Shown here: piece after piece, positions 61,901 through 64,000 of the stretch
Layout: each line of letters begins with the position of its first letter
Position numbering within the stretch: position 1 is the first letter of the stretch
From: Sphagnum compactum
Lineage: Eukaryota
Reading direction: 5' to 3'
NCBI GenBank assembly: GCA_965153455.1
Contig: OZ234494.1
Coordinates: 5,642,001-5,706,000, forward strand
DNA: 64,000 nucleotides
Notes under the pieces: generated by a model
Told to the model about the DNA's origin: nothing
What the model saw: the letters and a program-made list of their open reading frames with translations, nothing else
Database searches by the model: none
Translations under genes and position numbers: made by a program

Positions 61901-64000
61901 GAATACGGAAGTGGTCCAATGCACACCTACTAGATCCATCATTGGCTTGTGAGTTCTCCATCCATTTCTACACCATGTTTAATACCAGCAACCTCAACCT
62001 CTGTACAAAGAAGAATCAGAAGAGGTTTGAACCAATAAGGAAGCATGAGTCCTCTTCTATACAAACAAAAGAACTTTGGCCTTCCACTCACTAAATACAT
62101 GGCCAACATCAAGACCGAGAACAGAAGGAGAAAACTCAGCATTCTACTATGATTGACATTGTAAATAACATAAATTACCCCCTTATCTGAAAACGGACAG
62201 AGGCTAGTTGAAGAATTAAGGTGTTATTGCCTAAGCCTTCTATCATAGTTGAGAGACTTAATGTTGAAGACAGACAAATGAGTATTGGCAATTACCTTTT
62301 TAACTGGGCCCCATTTTATGTTTCCATTTCCAAATTTATGGAGCTTATGTGCTGTAACATGTAAACCCACAAGACAATACTAGATGTTCTACAAGTGGCT
62401 ATCTCTAATGTGCAGTTTAAGAGCCAGTAAGCACATATCAGTTCTCCTGTAACAAACGGGGCATTTGGACCGTAAAACAAGCACGCAATCCCTAAAGAAA
62501 AAAGTGATTTGCAAACTCATCAGGGAGACAATTCTAGGATCATTAATTATACTTCTTCACATTCTTCAGGCACAAAAGCCCACAGAGCATCACATCTCTT
62601 TACAGTGTGGCTTGTGCAGTTGGAACACAATCTTGACAATAATACATCTACAGTCAAGACCAATGTCACTGCTTCTTGAGGAATCTTGGAGGGGGATAAA
62701 ATGCAGCATTCAGTTTAGATATGATGTCAGAAGAGAAAGAAGAGAAGAAAGTTCTGTTTGTCTCTGTTTGTGTTATATCAAACTAGATGGTGAATGCAAA
62801 ACAGGTGTGCACCAAGTCCACAGATGATAAGGAAGAGAGTGGTTGATCAGATCACTAGCAAAATAAGCCATCTGTCAAGAATAAACCAAAAAAAAGATCT
62901 CTGAAAATCTTTAAGGAATCTGTAAGGAAACAATACACTACTGCAGCAAAAACATGACGTTTGGATGATTGGATTGTTGGAAAAAATAATCATTCACACA
63001 TGAGATTGCATCAAAAAACACAAAATCACACACACCAGACTGCAGGAAAACACAAAATTGCACACCAGAAAAAAAAATCACATACCAGGCTACCAAAATC
63101 AGACACCAAAATTGCAGCAAAAGACACAAAATCACATAGTACCAGATTGCAGAAAAAAACACACAGCAGACATAGAGGGAGGGAGCTCGGGGCACAGAGT
63201 CAGGCTGAGTCACAAAGCCTGTGGGGGGGAGTCTTTTTTAATGTTTGTTAACATTTTACCAGAATTTGTTTGTCTGTTTTGTTGTAGATCTTGCCTACAT
63301 GTTTTTATTCTGCTTTAGTTTCATTTGCTAGAATAAACTTCAACTCAATACGGACTAGCAAGGCTCATATAGGACCAGTCAGAAATTTCACAGATATTGT
63401 GCCTTCAATAATGTTGTTACTTTTAGTATCTTTGACATCAAAATGTACCTCAGAAACAATATTTGATGGGGGGGGAGGGGTACATTACATTTGGTGTGGG
63501 GGTCCGTTTGCTAGGTGCCTTATTCTGTTCCTTCATAACTGAAGATGCAACTGGCAGCTCAGAACCTTCTGACTCCTCTGCTTCTGAGTTGTAGTCGCTG
63601 CTACATGAAGTGTCGCGTTCACTAGATGCTGCTGATGTCGACGACCCTTCCTCTTCCACCACATGACGATGTGGTTTTCCAGCATTCCTAGTGCTCCTCC
63701 TCTTGCTTTGGTGTCCAAGTGTTCTCCCATCCACCACCTTTTGGGTGGACTTCTTATTTGTCTTCTTCCTCCCTTGCATGGTTGCTGAGTCCATGAAGTG
63801 ACGACTGCCAAGTGACCGAGTGTTTCCAAAATACAGCAAAGGAGTAATTAGTTTGGACTAAGACTGTCTCAATAAGCACATGACCACTAACTAGCATACA
63901 AACCTAATTTTAAGCTATGCATGTAGTAAATGATCACCAGGAACCCTATTTCATGGTAGCACCGAACACATCGATTTCAAACCCTAAACCCTAACCCCAT

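Larger units (their letters stand above)
55365..64000. mobile_element. large CACTA (En/Spm) element, right end outside the window
   Basis: Terminus CACTACTAGAAA, dense subterminal AGTTGCA/TGCAACT repeats and internal En/Spm-type TnpA domains; right extent is inferred. Confidence 0.75.

Overview
Eukaryotic, intron-containing, AT-rich and transposon-rich land-plant DNA. A bryophyte, probably Sphagnum-like moss, is my inference from repeat content; it is not verified. Three host genes are supported. (1) The 5' part of an alpha-N-acetylglucosaminidase (GH89, NAGLU/CYL1-like) on the minus strand: 11 exons at 265-4723, one probable GC-AG intron, and the gene runs off the window start. (2) An intronless germin-like protein (30643-31317, +). 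(3) An intronless ALOG/LSH transcription factor (48083-48721, -). Almost everything else is nested, mostly decayed transposons. These include a PIF/Harbinger transposase split by a complete non-autonomous Helitron, two solo-LTR copies, several hAT elements (one with TIRs and an 8-bp TSD), Tourist, CACTA and possibly Sola-like MITEs, foldback elements and a Helentron-type endonuclease remnant. A large CACTA element starts at 55365 and runs off the window end; it carries a telomere-motif subterminal array and TnpA-type domains on opposite strands. I found no convincing novel host biological system. The most unusual items are transposon architectures. All domain assignments come from motif recognition by eye, not database searches.
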